Shown here: one piece after another, positions 16,420 through 25,969 of the stretch
How the letters are laid out: the number at the start of each line of letters is the position of its first letter
How positions within the stretch are numbered: position 1 is the stretch's first letter
From: Minisyncoccota bacterium
GTDB lineage: Bacteria > Patescibacteriota > Minisyncoccia > Phycocordibacterales > DSPV01
DNA length: 64,000 bases
Reading direction: 5' to 3'
Assembly: GCA_041662545.1 (NCBI GenBank)
Contig: JBAZSH010000001.1
Span: 46,813-110,812 of the forward strand
Position numbers and translations under genes: made by a program
The notes under the pieces: model-generated
What the model was told of the DNA's origin: nothing
Database searches by the model: none
The model's input: only the letters and a program-made list of their open reading frames with translations

Positions 16420-17403
16420 ATGATCGATAATCAACTTATTCCACATAAGTTTTGGCCGCGACGCGTTTCGTGGCTCACCGTTGTGCTCGCGCTTCTCGCG
16501 GTCGGCACCCTTGTCGCAGTTTCTCGTCCGGGGGTGTATTACGCGACGCGTATGGGAATAGACGGCGGAATGATGGAAAACTCCAGTGGCTCGGGAGCAG
16601 TGCCTCCTTCGGCTGTGGATATGCCAATGATGGACGGTGATGTGTCAAATAAGTATTACCCGTATCCTTATCCCAGCCCCGATGTGCCAATAACCGACAC
16701 GCGAGAATTTTTGAAAATATATTACAACGCTTCTATGCAGACGCGCGATGTGCAAGGTCTCACGCGCCGAGTCGAAACGACGGTGCGAGGTTACGATGGC
16801 CGCATTGACCAGCAATCTAGTTCTCCGAAATATGGCTATGTGAATTTCGCTCTGCCTCAAAGTAAATATGATGCTTTTCGCGCCGAGCTTGAAGATCTAG
16901 TGGGTAGCAAATTTCTTACGGTCAACATTTCATCCCAAAATCTTTTGGCGCAAAAAGTGAGCATTGAAGAACAGCAAAAACAAGCCGAGACCGCGTTGGC
17001 GGATTACAAAACGGTGCGCCAAAAAATTGTCAACGCTCATGCTAGTGCCGTACAGTTGCTCCAGTCAAAAATAGATGCCGCCGAGGGCAAATCGGATGAA
17101 TTGGCTTTGTTGAACGAACAGCTCGCCAATGAAAACACTTTGTACGCGAAGCGATTAGACAACGCTGATAGAAATATTAAATACGGGCAGGATTGGCTTA
17201 AAGCCGTCCAGACGCAAGACCAAACACTGTTGGCTAATGTCGCAACGGTTTCAGGTACGATCTCTATCCAATGGATAAGCTACTGGGCGATGGCTCAGCT
17301 TTACCTACCGGGTTATTGGATTCCAATCATCTTTGCCGTGTTGACATTGCTCTCGTTCCTCTGGGATCGCCGCCGTTTCGGAACGGGTAGTCATCATCAA
17401 TGA
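16420..17403 (+). CDS. DUF4349-like coiled-coil membrane protein, hypothetical
   Basis: 327 aa with an N-terminal TM, a long coiled-coil region (QKVSIEEQQKQAETALADYK...) and a C-terminal TM (WIPIIFAVLTLLSFLW). The 5' third is markedly GC-rich. It overlaps the next gene by 4 nt. Confidence 0.4.
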   Translation: MIDNQLIPHKFWPRRVSWLTVVLALLAVGTLVAVSRPGVYYATRMGIDGGMMENSSGSGAVPPSAVDMPMMDGDVSNKYYPYPYPSPDVPITDTREFLKIYYNASMQTRDVQGLTRRVETTVRGYDGRIDQQSSSPKYGYVNFALPQSKYDAFRAELEDLVGSKFLTVNISSQNLLAQKVSIEEQQKQAETALADYKTVRQKIVNAHASAVQLLQSKIDAAEGKSDELALLNEQLANENTLYAKRLDNADRNIKYGQDWLKAVQTQDQTLLANVATVSGTISIQWISYWAMAQLYLPGYWIPIIFAVLTLLSFLWDRRRFGTGSHHQ

Positions 17404-18263
17404 GAAATAAATTTTTTCGGTTTTTGCCGATATTGTTTCTACCAATTATGGTTTTGCCGGCCGGATCGGTTTTTCAAGGTGATCCGTTTTTGATAACCGT
17501 GAGTGGTGTTGGTAGTATCGCTGATGTTCAAAAAATTTTCTTTGACAACCAGTCCCTCTGGTTTTTTACTTACCAAGGCAAACCAACCGCTTTAGTTGGC
17601 ATTGACTTAAACAAAAAGCCCGGCGATTACAAAATTTTGGTCAAGATGGAGAACGGCGATAATTTTGAAAAAATTATCGCCGTCAAAGCCAGAGAAAAAC
17701 CCGAGGAACCGCTCGGTATTCCGGAGAAACTTGGCGGCAATACATTGGCTAGCCAAAAAACTCTTGTTTCCACTTTAGCTTCTGAAAATGATGTCATTAA
17801 TAATCTACGCTCCATCAGCAAAAAATTATGGCCGGACGGTTTTAGCTATCCGCTGGTAAATCCTATTGTTACCGATCCTTACGGCTACACCAGAATTACC
17901 GGTAATTATTCGATTGCTCACAAGGGCGCTGATTTCCGGGCGGCGGCAGGCACGCCGGTTAAAGCCATGGGCCGAGGCACTGTGCGGCTGGCTCAAACTT
18001 TCCGAAATTACGGCAAGACCGTCGCCGTTGATCACGGTCTTGGTTTAATAACTTTCTATATGCATCTTTCAAAAATCTATGTGAACGAAGGCGAAATGGT
18101 TAGCCAAGGCCAACTCATCGCTCTTTCCGGCCAAACCGGCTACTCTGAAGTGCCGCACCTTCACCTTAGCGTTAAAATCGGCGGCGTATCTATTGATCCG
18201 GTAAAATTTCTTAAAATTTTCGCCGACGATTCCAACAGCAGCTTATTTCACATTAATCTCTGA
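17400..18263 (+). CDS. M23 family metallopeptidase (LytM-like peptidoglycan hydrolase)
   Basis: The blocks HKGADFRAAAGTPVKA, AVDHGLGLITFYMHL and GQTGYSEVPHLHLSV carry the HxxxD and HxH metal-ligand motifs of the M23 family. An N-terminal TM/signal is present. Confidence 0.8.
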   Translation: MRNKFFRFLPILFLPIMVLPAGSVFQGDPFLITVSGVGSIADVQKIFFDNQSLWFFTYQGKPTALVGIDLNKKPGDYKILVKMENGDNFEKIIAVKAREKPEEPLGIPEKLGGNTLASQKTLVSTLASENDVINNLRSISKKLWPDGFSYPLVNPIVTDPYGYTRITGNYSIAHKGADFRAAAGTPVKAMGRGTVRLAQTFRNYGKTVAVDHGLGLITFYMHLSKIYVNEGEMVSQGQLIALSGQTGYSEVPHLHLSVKIGGVSIDPVKFLKIFADDSNSSLFHINL

Positions 18264-18405
18264 CATAACAACAACGAAAAACCCGCACAGTGCCATACGG
18301 CAGGCGCGGGTGATTTCCATAAGGTGAGGTATACCTACTCTGAACCGCTCCATCCGGTAACAATCCAAAATACCACTAAACTGCAATTTATGGTATATTG
18401 TAAAT

Positions 18406-18684
18406 ATGGAATCATTATTAAAAGCTGATATTTTCTTCTTTATATCTTCTATAGCAACAATCGTATTTACGATTCTAATTTCTGTTCTTTTGGTATATCT
18501 CATCAAAGCTGGAAAAAATCTCTACAAACTTTCAGAAACTCTGAAGAGTAGCTATGACGATTCGGAAGAATTTATTTCTGAACTCAAGGAACGCCTCGAA
18601 GACAATATGGTATTCCGAATGTTCTTTCCTCCAATCCGAAAAAAACGAATATCAAAATCAAATAGTGATAGTGCAAAAAAATAA
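18406..18684 (+). CDS. Hypothetical small membrane protein
   Basis: 92 aa with one TM helix followed by a charged tail. Confidence 0.3.
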   Translation: MESLLKADIFFFISSIATIVFTILISVLLVYLIKAGKNLYKLSETLKSSYDDSEEFISELKERLEDNMVFRMFFPPIRKKRISKSNSDSAKK

Positions 18685-18717
18685 TCAATTATTAGCATTA
18701 ATAAATAACAAAAACAA

Positions 18718-19059
18718 ATGAAAAAGAACACAACAAAAAAGAGTTCTAACATAACAAAATATGTTGCGATTGGTGCTGGCATCGCTGGCATAGCTGCTGC
18801 ATATTTCTTCCTCGGTCCAAAAGGTAAAATGCATCAGAGAAAGACGAAGGCTTGGGCAATAAAAATGAAGGCTGATGTTGTAGAAAAACTCGAAGAAGCT
18901 CGTGATATGAGCGAATCCGCATATCATCAAATCATTGACTCTGTAGCGAAAGAATATGAAGAGAAGGCGAAAGTTGGCCGTGAAGAGATTCAATCACTGG
19001 CAAAGGATTTGAAAAAACATTGGAAGACGATCAGTAAAGAGGTGGGGATTGGTAAGTAA
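18718..19059 (+). CDS. YtxH-like (DUF948) membrane-anchored protein
   Basis: N-terminal TM with the GAGIAGIAAAYF glycine zipper, followed by a helical region of charged repeats. Confidence 0.45.
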   Translation: MKKNTTKKSSNITKYVAIGAGIAGIAAAYFFLGPKGKMHQRKTKAWAIKMKADVVEKLEEARDMSESAYHQIIDSVAKEYEEKAKVGREEIQSLAKDLKKHWKTISKEVGIGK

Positions 19060-19153
19060 TATTATAAGGCAAAAAAAGAAGAGCGACTTATGAACCAAAA
19101 ATAAAAGCAAAGCTTTAAACGGGGTATGCTTCCTCCAATTATATTATTTATTT

Positions 19154-19402
19154 TTAATGTCGTAAAACTTTGACAATCCAGATAAGGATTATTGCTCCGA
19201 GCAGTGCCACCAGAAAGCTGTATAGATTAAAACCGCCTACACCGCTTTCACCGAATAAGCTCATAATCCAACCGCCCAACACCGCGCCAATGACACCGAC
19301 TACAACATTTAATATAATACCTTGCCGCGCATCAGTCCCCATAATTAGAGACGCGATCCAACCAACTAAGCCACCAAACACAATCCAAAGAATAATTCCC
19401 AT
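19154..19402 (-). CDS. GlsB/YeaQ/YmgE family (transglycosylase-associated) membrane protein
   Basis: 82 aa. WIVFGGLVGWIASLIMG...GIIGAVLGGWI is typical of the family. Confidence 0.75.
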   Translation of the reverse strand: MGIILWIVFGGLVGWIASLIMGTDARQGIILNVVVGVIGAVLGGWIMSLFGESGVGGFNLYSFLVALLGAIILIWIVKVLRH

Positions 19403-19573
19403 ATATTTTTTGTATTTATTAATTAATAATGTAAATATCCCTCGACGGGGGAATGTTAAGAAATTAAGTATACTACTTATTCTTAACTATAACCATATGG
19501 CTTGATGTGGTCGCCTGTGGAGTGATATAATATAAAATTATGAGACTGCTGTTATTACTATAAACTTATTTAT

Positions 19574-20026
19574 ATGGCTAATTTTTCAAGAGATGGCGGT
19601 GACAACAGAGGAGGCTTTAGATCGGGAGGGAGAGGAGGATTTGATAAAAGAGACTCACGACCTATGGTTCTTCATGATGCGATTTGCGGTAAATGTGGAA
19701 ATAAATGCCAAGTGCCTTTTCGTCCCACAGGAGATAAGCCTGTGTATTGCAGAGATTGTTTTTCCCGTATGGGCGGTCCTAGTGGAGCTAGCGGAGATAG
19801 ATTTCAAAAGAAAGATCGAAGAGACTTTGCGCCAAGTTCGCAGGGTATGCAACCGAGAGTAATTCCGCCAAGCGCCGGAGACGACGAAGTAAAAAGACAA
19901 TTAGAGGGGGTGAATGCGAAGTTGGAGAGACTTATCTCCGCCGTGCAAGCTCTTGTGCCGGTAGAAAAATTAGTCAAGACAATTCCAAAAAAATCTACGA
20001 CCAAGAAAGCGTCAAAAAAGGCATAG
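19574..20026 (+). CDS. RGG-box / CxxC-x17-CxxC zinc-ribbon protein
   Basis: 150 aa. The N-terminus carries GGDNRGGFRSGGRGGFDKRD repeats. CGKC-x17-CRDC spacing was counted directly from the sequence. The C-terminus is basic and K-rich. Confidence 0.5.
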   Translation: MANFSRDGGDNRGGFRSGGRGGFDKRDSRPMVLHDAICGKCGNKCQVPFRPTGDKPVYCRDCFSRMGGPSGASGDRFQKKDRRDFAPSSQGMQPRVIPPSAGDDEVKRQLEGVNAKLERLISAVQALVPVEKLVKTIPKKSTTKKASKKA

Positions 20027-20045
20027 ATACACTATTTTATTTAAT

Positions 20046-21704
20046 ATGAAAAAGATAGCCCTATTAATCTTTTTTGTTATTCCAAGTATTGTTTGGGCGG
20101 ACGATACCGGATTTTTAGTGCCTAGCGCCAATTTGGTTAATGCCGCGCCTTCATGGAATAATTCTCAAAACGGTTACACCTCGGATGACGCTTACGCCAC
20201 CACCACCAACACAAGTTCATGGGTGTCCTATTCAAATTTTGATATTTCTGCTATCCCAACTGGTTCGACTATCAATGGAATAGAAGTCAGCGTGGAGGGT
20301 AAAACTGCTGGAAGAGATATTGATATCAGCTTGTCTTGGAATCATTTCAATTACACTTCTGTAATAGCGGCCGGATTTACTGAAGCGACTGATGCCGTTA
20401 AATTAGTCGGCGGGGCGACAAACACTTTTGGACGGACTTGGTCGGCGGAAGATTTTACCAATGAAAATTTCAGAGTAAGGGCCACCGCTCATTCATTCTC
20501 GCCAAACGGGACAATGTTTTCTCTTGACCAGATACAAGCGAAAGTTTATTACACTAAAAAGAATTTGACTGCTAATATCACAGTTGATGATAAAACATAC
20601 GACGGAAATAATATCGCCACGGTCACCGCTTGTAATTTGGCAGGAGTTGTCAGTCCCGATGTTGTAACTTGTTTTGCTACTGTTGCGGCGTTTGATGATA
20701 AAAATGTCGGCACAGATAAAATTGTAACGGCAACAAGCATTACGCTTGGTGGCGCTGATTCTGGCAATTATACAAATGACTCTTCGGCTTCCACAACGGC
20801 TAGCATCACGGAGCGCAATTTAACCGTAACAGTGGCGGGAATAAGCAAAGTTTATGATGGAAATACTACAGCCACTACCACACTTTCTGATGATAGGATT
20901 GTTGGAGATTCTTTGACATTAAGTTATGCCACCACCACATTTGCCGACTCGAATTCTGCTTCGGATATTGTTGTCTCCGTGACCGGCATTTCAATTTTCG
21001 GAGGCGCTGATGCTGGTAATTATACGCTCGCGGCCACAACGGCCAGCACGACAGCGGATATAATTCAATCTCAAGGCATAATCACTTTAGATAATTCTAA
21101 TTTGACCAGAACATACGACGGCAGTTCGCAGACGGTAAGCGTTCTTTCTACAAATCCCGCTGGCCTTTCTTATACTGTGACTTACAATGGTTCAACAACT
21201 CCACCAACAACAGTGGGAACCTCCACTGTTTTGGCTACTATCACTGATCAGAATTATTCCGGCACTGATTCTGTTGTTCTCACTATTGTGGACAATCCCG
21301 CGCCGGCGGTTACGCCTACCGTAGATCCATCACCCAGAGGAGGCAACGGACCTCTCTGGGGGACAACATTGGGGACAACTCCAACTCCAACACCGACTCA
21401 AATTCTCGTGCCGATTCCAACCCCAACACCGATTCTAACTCCAACTCTAGTTTCAATTCCTAAATCGGAAGTGAAAGCGGAAGTGAAAACGCCAATGGTA
21501 GCCGAACCAGTGTCACCAAAAACCACTGAAGCTACGAACACACAAGTGGCCGCGATAGTTTTACCGGAATCTTTGCCAGAATCGCAAATGATCGCCGCAG
21601 CAGCTGCGGCTGGCACAAGTGACAACACTTGGCTTCGGCTACTCGCTGGAGCTACGATTCTCATTATTTTGATTAGTGGTTCGTATTTGGCGTTTAGAAA
21701 CTAA
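20046..21704 (+). CDS. Cell-surface adhesin-like protein with YDG/MBG-type repeats, Pro/Thr-rich stalk and C-terminal TM anchor
   Basis: Signal peptide present. Repeated TYDGNN / KVYDGNTTAT / RTYDGSSQTV modules. A PTPTPT linker and a C-terminal hydrophobic helix (LLAGATILIILISGSYLAF) follow. Confidence 0.5.
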   Translation: MKKIALLIFFVIPSIVWADDTGFLVPSANLVNAAPSWNNSQNGYTSDDAYATTTNTSSWVSYSNFDISAIPTGSTINGIEVSVEGKTAGRDIDISLSWNHFNYTSVIAAGFTEATDAVKLVGGATNTFGRTWSAEDFTNENFRVRATAHSFSPNGTMFSLDQIQAKVYYTKKNLTANITVDDKTYDGNNIATVTACNLAGVVSPDVVTCFATVAAFDDKNVGTDKIVTATSITLGGADSGNYTNDSSASTTASITERNLTVTVAGISKVYDGNTTATTTLSDDRIVGDSLTLSYATTTFADSNSASDIVVSVTGISIFGGADAGNYTLAATTASTTADIIQSQGIITLDNSNLTRTYDGSSQTVSVLSTNPAGLSYTVTYNGSTTPPTTVGTSTVLATITDQNYSGTDSVVLTIVDNPAPAVTPTVDPSPRGGNGPLWGTTLGTTPTPTPTQILVPIPTPTPILTPTLVSIPKSEVKAEVKTPMVAEPVSPKTTEATNTQVAAIVLPESLPESQMIAAAAAAGTSDNTWLRLLAGATILIILISGSYLAFRN

Positions 21705-21715
21705 AAATCAAGAAA

Positions 21716-21934
21716 ATGAAAATTTTAGTGAAAGTAAAACCAAAAACCAGAATAGGGAAAGTTGCGAAAAAAGCCGATGGCAGTTTTGAAGTTTGGGTGA
21801 AAGAACCGCCGGTGGAGGGGCGGGCCAACGAAGCCGTGGTGAAAGCGCTGGCGGAATTTTTTGGTGTCAGTAAAAGCGCGGTTAGAATAATCAAGGGCGG
21901 AAAATCTAAACAAAAAATTGTGGAAGTGTTATGA
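21716..21934 (+). CDS. DUF167 / YggU family protein
   Basis: 72 aa. VWVKEPPVEGRANEAVVKALAEFFGVSKSAVRIIKGGKSKQKIVEV matches UPF0235/YggU. Confidence 0.75.
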   Translation: MKILVKVKPKTRIGKVAKKADGSFEVWVKEPPVEGRANEAVVKALAEFFGVSKSAVRIIKGGKSKQKIVEVL

Positions 21935-22379
21935 TATTTTGATGAAGAAAAAAGTTTTGCTGGGTTTGCTGGTGGTGATTGCGATTGGCGCGATGGTGAT
22001 TTTTAGCAACCGAAAGGCTGAGCCTTTCGGTTATAAGGATTTAGTGATTTTGGAAGCGCCGTTACCCGAAGCGCAAGTAGTTTCGCCGTTGGTGATAAAA
22101 GGCAAAGCGCGAGGGCAGTGGTTTTTTGAAGCGAGTTTCCCTGTGATTTTGGCTGATTGGGACGGTAGAATTATTGCCCAAGGAATTGCCCAAGCCAATC
22201 CGCCAGCTGGCGGAGACTGGATGACGGAAAATTTTGTGCCATTTGAAGCGACTTTGGAATTTGTTAAACCGGAATTTATCGGTGATTTTTCCAAACGCGG
22301 TTTCTTGATTTTGAAAAAAGACAATCCTTCCGGTTTGCCCGAACACGACGATGCTCTTGAAATACCCTTGGTTTTTTGA
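21918..22379 (+). CDS. Hypothetical exported protein (Gmad2 Ig-like domain-like)
   Basis: 153 aa with an N-terminal TM. Its beta-rich region resembles GerMN/Gmad2-type domains. It overlaps the upstream gene. Confidence 0.35.
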   Translation: MWKCYDILMKKKVLLGLLVVIAIGAMVIFSNRKAEPFGYKDLVILEAPLPEAQVVSPLVIKGKARGQWFFEASFPVILADWDGRIIAQGIAQANPPAGGDWMTENFVPFEATLEFVKPEFIGDFSKRGFLILKKDNPSGLPEHDDALEIPLVF

Positions 22380-22507
22380 CTTTGACTTTTTCTTTTTTAT
22401 ATTTAATACTTATATAAGTTGGCCTTCAAATATTTGGGCTACAGAAAGCCGTAGTTCAAATATAGCTCTCCTAAATCCTCCTGGGCTTTCCTTCCTGACT
22501 TGAGTTC

Positions 22508-22543
22508 GGCGTCGTTGCATGCCTCGCAACGACGCCTCTTTTT
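22508..22543. terminator. Bidirectional intrinsic terminator between convergent genes (11-bp stem GGCGTCGTTGC/GCAACGACGCC, loop ATGCCTC, followed by TCTTTTT)
   Basis: Perfect inverted repeat with a T-tract on the + strand and an A-tract upstream (a T-tract on the - strand). Confidence 0.6.
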
Positions 22544-22566
22544 AATAAAAAACTCAAAGATGTCCA

Positions 22567-22878
22567 TTATATCAATAGAATAGCAAAAGCGAGCAGGGTA
22601 AGTAGAAAAAGAAAAACGAGAGTAGCAGCGAGCAGTTGGAAGGCCTCTTTTTTGTTGCCACTAAGATAAAGATGAATTGGCCGGCCCAAAACGAGAGAGC
22701 CGGTGATTGTTGCCGATAGAATAAAAAGTAAAAGCATTGCCAGCGGTATACCGAAACCGCCACCGGCTTTGCCGAAAAGTTTTTCACCATTAAAAAGCAA
22801 CCAAGCCAGCGCCGAGACATAGATAAAAGTGCCGGCCGATTGGAGAAAAGCGTAGGTAATAATTTTCTGTTTGGTCAT
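22567..22878 (-). CDS. Hypothetical membrane protein (3 TM)
   Basis: 103 aa, hydrophobic. Confidence 0.35.
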   Translation of the reverse strand: MTKQKIITYAFLQSAGTFIYVSALAWLLFNGEKLFGKAGGGFGIPLAMLLLFILSATITGSLVLGRPIHLYLSGNKKEAFQLLAATLVFLFLLTLLAFAILLI

Positions 22879-22919
22879 CTTGATTTGTTAATGATAACAC
22901 AAAACGGGGGGTTTTTATT

Positions 22920-23597
22920 TCAATGGGCGAGGGCGATGCCGAGGATTTTTTTGGCGCCGGCGCGGCGCAAAGTTTTCATCGCTTCGCTTAAAGTAGTGCC
23001 GGTGGTGGTAACATCATCAATCACAATAATGTTTCGATGGCGCGCCGCACCGTTCTCATTGGCGGCGAAAGCGCCCCGCAAGTTTTTTAAGCGGCTAGCG
23101 CGTGAGTCAGTTTTGGTTTGACTAGAGGTGTCTCTGATTTTTATCAAAATATTTTTATTAATTTCAAAAATCTTATTCGTGTCTAATTTTGCCAATTCAT
23201 CCAACAAAATTTCACATTGGTTAAAACCGCGCTCGCGACGGCGTTTGGAAGAAAGGGGAACGGGGACAATTAGTGGTCGAGTAAAATTTTCAAAAATTTC
23301 CAGTTCACTTAATTCTGCTGATAATTCGTCAAACAAACATTCGGCGAGCAAGGCGGCCACCGCGCGGTTGCCACGGAATTTGAGTTCCCATATTGCCGTG
23401 CGCACTAAAGGATCGTGGTAGTCAAAAAAGGCGATGAGATTTTCTCTACTCCGCCGGTTGGCGGACAGGCTATTTAGTTCGCGAGACCGTTTGGCGCGGC
23501 CGGCAAAGCCGGCCGCGCCCATTCTCTCCAATTTTTCCACCGCTGGTGCTTTCGGCAGAAAAAAATCTAAAACCAAGTTTAGCCACTTTTGTATCAT
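22920..23597 (-). CDS. comFC: ComF family protein (ComFC-like phosphoribosyltransferase-domain competence protein)
   Basis: The C-terminal PRTase motif IIVIDDVTTTGTTL is present. The length and location, divergent from the pil operon, fit ComFC. Confidence 0.7.
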   Translation of the reverse strand: MIQKWLNLVLDFFLPKAPAVEKLERMGAAGFAGRAKRSRELNSLSANRRSRENLIAFFDYHDPLVRTAIWELKFRGNRAVAALLAECLFDELSAELSELEIFENFTRPLIVPVPLSSKRRRERGFNQCEILLDELAKLDTNKIFEINKNILIKIRDTSSQTKTDSRASRLKNLRGAFAANENGAARHRNIIVIDDVTTTGTTLSEAMKTLRRAGAKKILGIALAH

Positions 23598-23626
23598 ATC
23601 GAATATGATACAATAACTTTAACTAT

Positions 23627-24754
23627 ATGGCTTTTTTTTCAAAAATTTTTAACAAACTGACGGGTGACGGTGGTGGCACTAGCGTTGTCGGTATTGACAT
23701 TGGATCCTCGGCAGTAAAAATTGTAGAGCTTAAAACAAAAGGTGGTCGGGCGGTGCTTGGCACCTATGGTGCGTTAGCTCTTGGTCCTTACGCCAACAGT
23801 TCTGTTGGTCAAGTAACTAAATTGCCAAATGAAAAAGTTGCCGAGGCCTTGCGCGATATTTTGCGCGAAGCTAACGCTACTACTAAAGTTTGTAGTTTTG
23901 CCATTCCTCTGTCAGCCAGTTTATTGTCGTTAATTGAGATGCCGGTTTTGGATCAAAAGCAATTACCGCAGATGGTGCCCATTGAAGCCAGAAAATATAT
24001 TCCAGTGCCAATGAGTGATGTAACTTTGGATTGGTGGATAATACCAAAGACCGAGCGAGAGACAACTTCCAGCCCAGATGATCCGATGACTAAGATTCAA
24101 AAAGCCAAAATGGTGGATATTCTTTTGGTGGTGATTCAAAATGCCGCTCTTAATAATTATCGGGAAATTGTTAGGTTGACCGGTCTCGATGTTTCCTTTT
24201 TTGAGATTGAAGCGTTTAGTACCATTAGAGCAGTGATGAATAGGGAAACGATGCCGGTGATGATTTTTGATATGGGTGCCGGCGCCACCAAACTTTATAT
24301 TGTAGAAATGGGTATTGTCAGAACTTCTCACACTATCAATCGTGGTTCGCAAGACATCACTTCGGCCTTGGCGCAATCGCTCGGTATTAATGTGGTTGAA
24401 GCGGAAAAATTAAAAAGGGACAAGGGATTAATTGCCGAGGGTATTGCCTCCGGTACTGTTGAAGCCACCTCAGTAATTTTGGGTTATATTTTTGCCGAAG
24501 TTAATCGGGTGCTGATTGGTTACCAAAAGAAAAGCGGCAAAGTGGTGCGGCGGGTGATTTTGACTGGCGGTGGATCAGCATTAAAGGGGATTTTACAATA
24601 TGCCAAAGAGCATCTGGAATCAGAGGTGGAGTTGGCTGACCCATTTGCCAAGGTAGATGCGCCGGCTTTCCTCCAGGGGGTGCTTAAAGACGCCGGTCCG
24701 CAATTTACGGTTGCCTTGGGTGTTGCCCTGCGCCAGCTTCAAGAGTTGGGGTAG
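23627..24754 (+). CDS. pilM: Type IV pilus assembly protein PilM
   Basis: VVGIDIGSSAVKIVELK indicates an actin-like ATPase fold. The protein is 375 aa and opens the pil operon. Confidence 0.8.
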   Translation: MAFFSKIFNKLTGDGGGTSVVGIDIGSSAVKIVELKTKGGRAVLGTYGALALGPYANSSVGQVTKLPNEKVAEALRDILREANATTKVCSFAIPLSASLLSLIEMPVLDQKQLPQMVPIEARKYIPVPMSDVTLDWWIIPKTERETTSSPDDPMTKIQKAKMVDILLVVIQNAALNNYREIVRLTGLDVSFFEIEAFSTIRAVMNRETMPVMIFDMGAGATKLYIVEMGIVRTSHTINRGSQDITSALAQSLGINVVEAEKLKRDKGLIAEGIASGTVEATSVILGYIFAEVNRVLIGYQKKSGKVVRRVILTGGGSALKGILQYAKEHLESEVELADPFAKVDAPAFLQGVLKDAGPQFTVALGVALRQLQELG

Positions 24755-24812
24755 GTGGTTGTTGATAAGATTAACGCTTGCGGACAGAAAAAGGTGTATA
24801 ATGTAAAGGAGT

Positions 24813-25406
24813 ATGGATGGTAATTTTCAAAAATCTTTTATACCCAGAGAATCTTTGGGTGGTGAAGTGAGTTTTGGTTCTAGACCTAGTCTGGGAAGTT
24901 TTACGCTTATCGCCATTGTGATTTTTTTGATTTCCGCCGGTGCTTTTGGGGTAACTTATTTGTATAAACAATCTATCAAGAAAAACATTGCCCAATTGGA
25001 TATTGAGTTAGCTCGGATGCAAGAAATTTTTCAGCCGGCCACTGTTGCTGAATTTGAGAAATTAAGTAGCCGTTTGGCGGCAGCCAATAAGTTAGTTGAT
25101 AATCATATCGCTCTCTCAAAAATTTTTGATGTTTTGGAGGAAGCAACTCTTAAGTCAGTTTATTTCAGTAGTTTTTCTTTGACTAGTAGCGGAGGGGAAT
25201 TTTCGCTGGGCTTGGGTGGTGTCGCTAAAAATTTTAGCTCGGTAGCTTTGCAATCAGACGCTTTCCGTATAAACCCAGCCTTCACGATTTCTACTTTTTC
25301 CAATCTTAATCTGGATGAAAAGGGCAATGTGGTGTTTGGCGTTGCCGCCTTGGTTGATCCAAAAATTTTATCTTATAAGCACAATATTGCCCAAACTGAT
25401 CAATGA
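24813..25406 (+). CDS. PilN-like pilus assembly protein
   Basis: Single N-terminal TM followed by a coiled coil. It lies directly after pilM. Confidence 0.5.
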   Translation: MDGNFQKSFIPRESLGGEVSFGSRPSLGSFTLIAIVIFLISAGAFGVTYLYKQSIKKNIAQLDIELARMQEIFQPATVAEFEKLSSRLAAANKLVDNHIALSKIFDVLEEATLKSVYFSSFSLTSSGGEFSLGLGGVAKNFSSVALQSDAFRINPAFTISTFSNLNLDEKGNVVFGVAALVDPKILSYKHNIAQTDQ

Positions 25407-25966
25407 AAAATATCACCCCCTTTATTTTAATAGTAGCAGCCATCTGGATTTTTTGGGGTTATACCAAACCTATTTATGAAGAGACCGGCGCGCTTCGGGG
25501 AGTCAGAACTGGTTATGAAAATAAATTGGCACAAGCCAATGAGTTTCGACAACAGTATGAAAATCTTGCCACTGCCTACCAGAGTTTCTCTGAAACCGAT
25601 TTAGCCAATCTTTCACATTTGGTGCCCGATGAGATTGATCCCATCCGTCTTGTCATTGAGGTCAATGAGATCGCCGCCAAACAGGGTTTGCTAATTGAAG
25701 ATATCGCTGTTAGTGAATCTGGAAATACAGCAAAGGAAGCTAATTTGCCAGCCGTTGAAACAAGTTTTAATAGTGTTTTTAGTAATGTTGATTTAAGTTT
25801 TTCAGTGACTGGTAGTTACGGACAATTTGTCGCCTTTCTTCATGATTTGGAGAGCAGTCTACGGATTTTAGATGTGACTGATATAAAATTTTCTTTGGCG
25901 AAAGATTCCGTCAACGGTGGTAGTTATAATTTTAGCGTAGGTTTGAAGACCTATTGGTTACAATAA
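25403..25966 (+). CDS. PilO-like pilus assembly protein
   Basis: N-terminal TM followed by a coiled coil and a beta-rich region. It overlaps the upstream gene by 4 nt. Confidence 0.5.
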   Translation: MKNITPFILIVAAIWIFWGYTKPIYEETGALRGVRTGYENKLAQANEFRQQYENLATAYQSFSETDLANLSHLVPDEIDPIRLVIEVNEIAAKQGLLIEDIAVSESGNTAKEANLPAVETSFNSVFSNVDLSFSVTGSYGQFVAFLHDLESSLRILDVTDIKFSLAKDSVNGGSYNFSVGLKTYWLQ

Positions 25967-25969
25967 TTT

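Noticed and set aside
16452-16860. Overlapping 60-70-aa ORFs in three frames within the GC-rich 5' part of the 16420 gene
   Set aside because: These are artefacts of locally elevated GC, which produces few stop codons. The 327-aa frame carries coherent TM and coiled-coil features.
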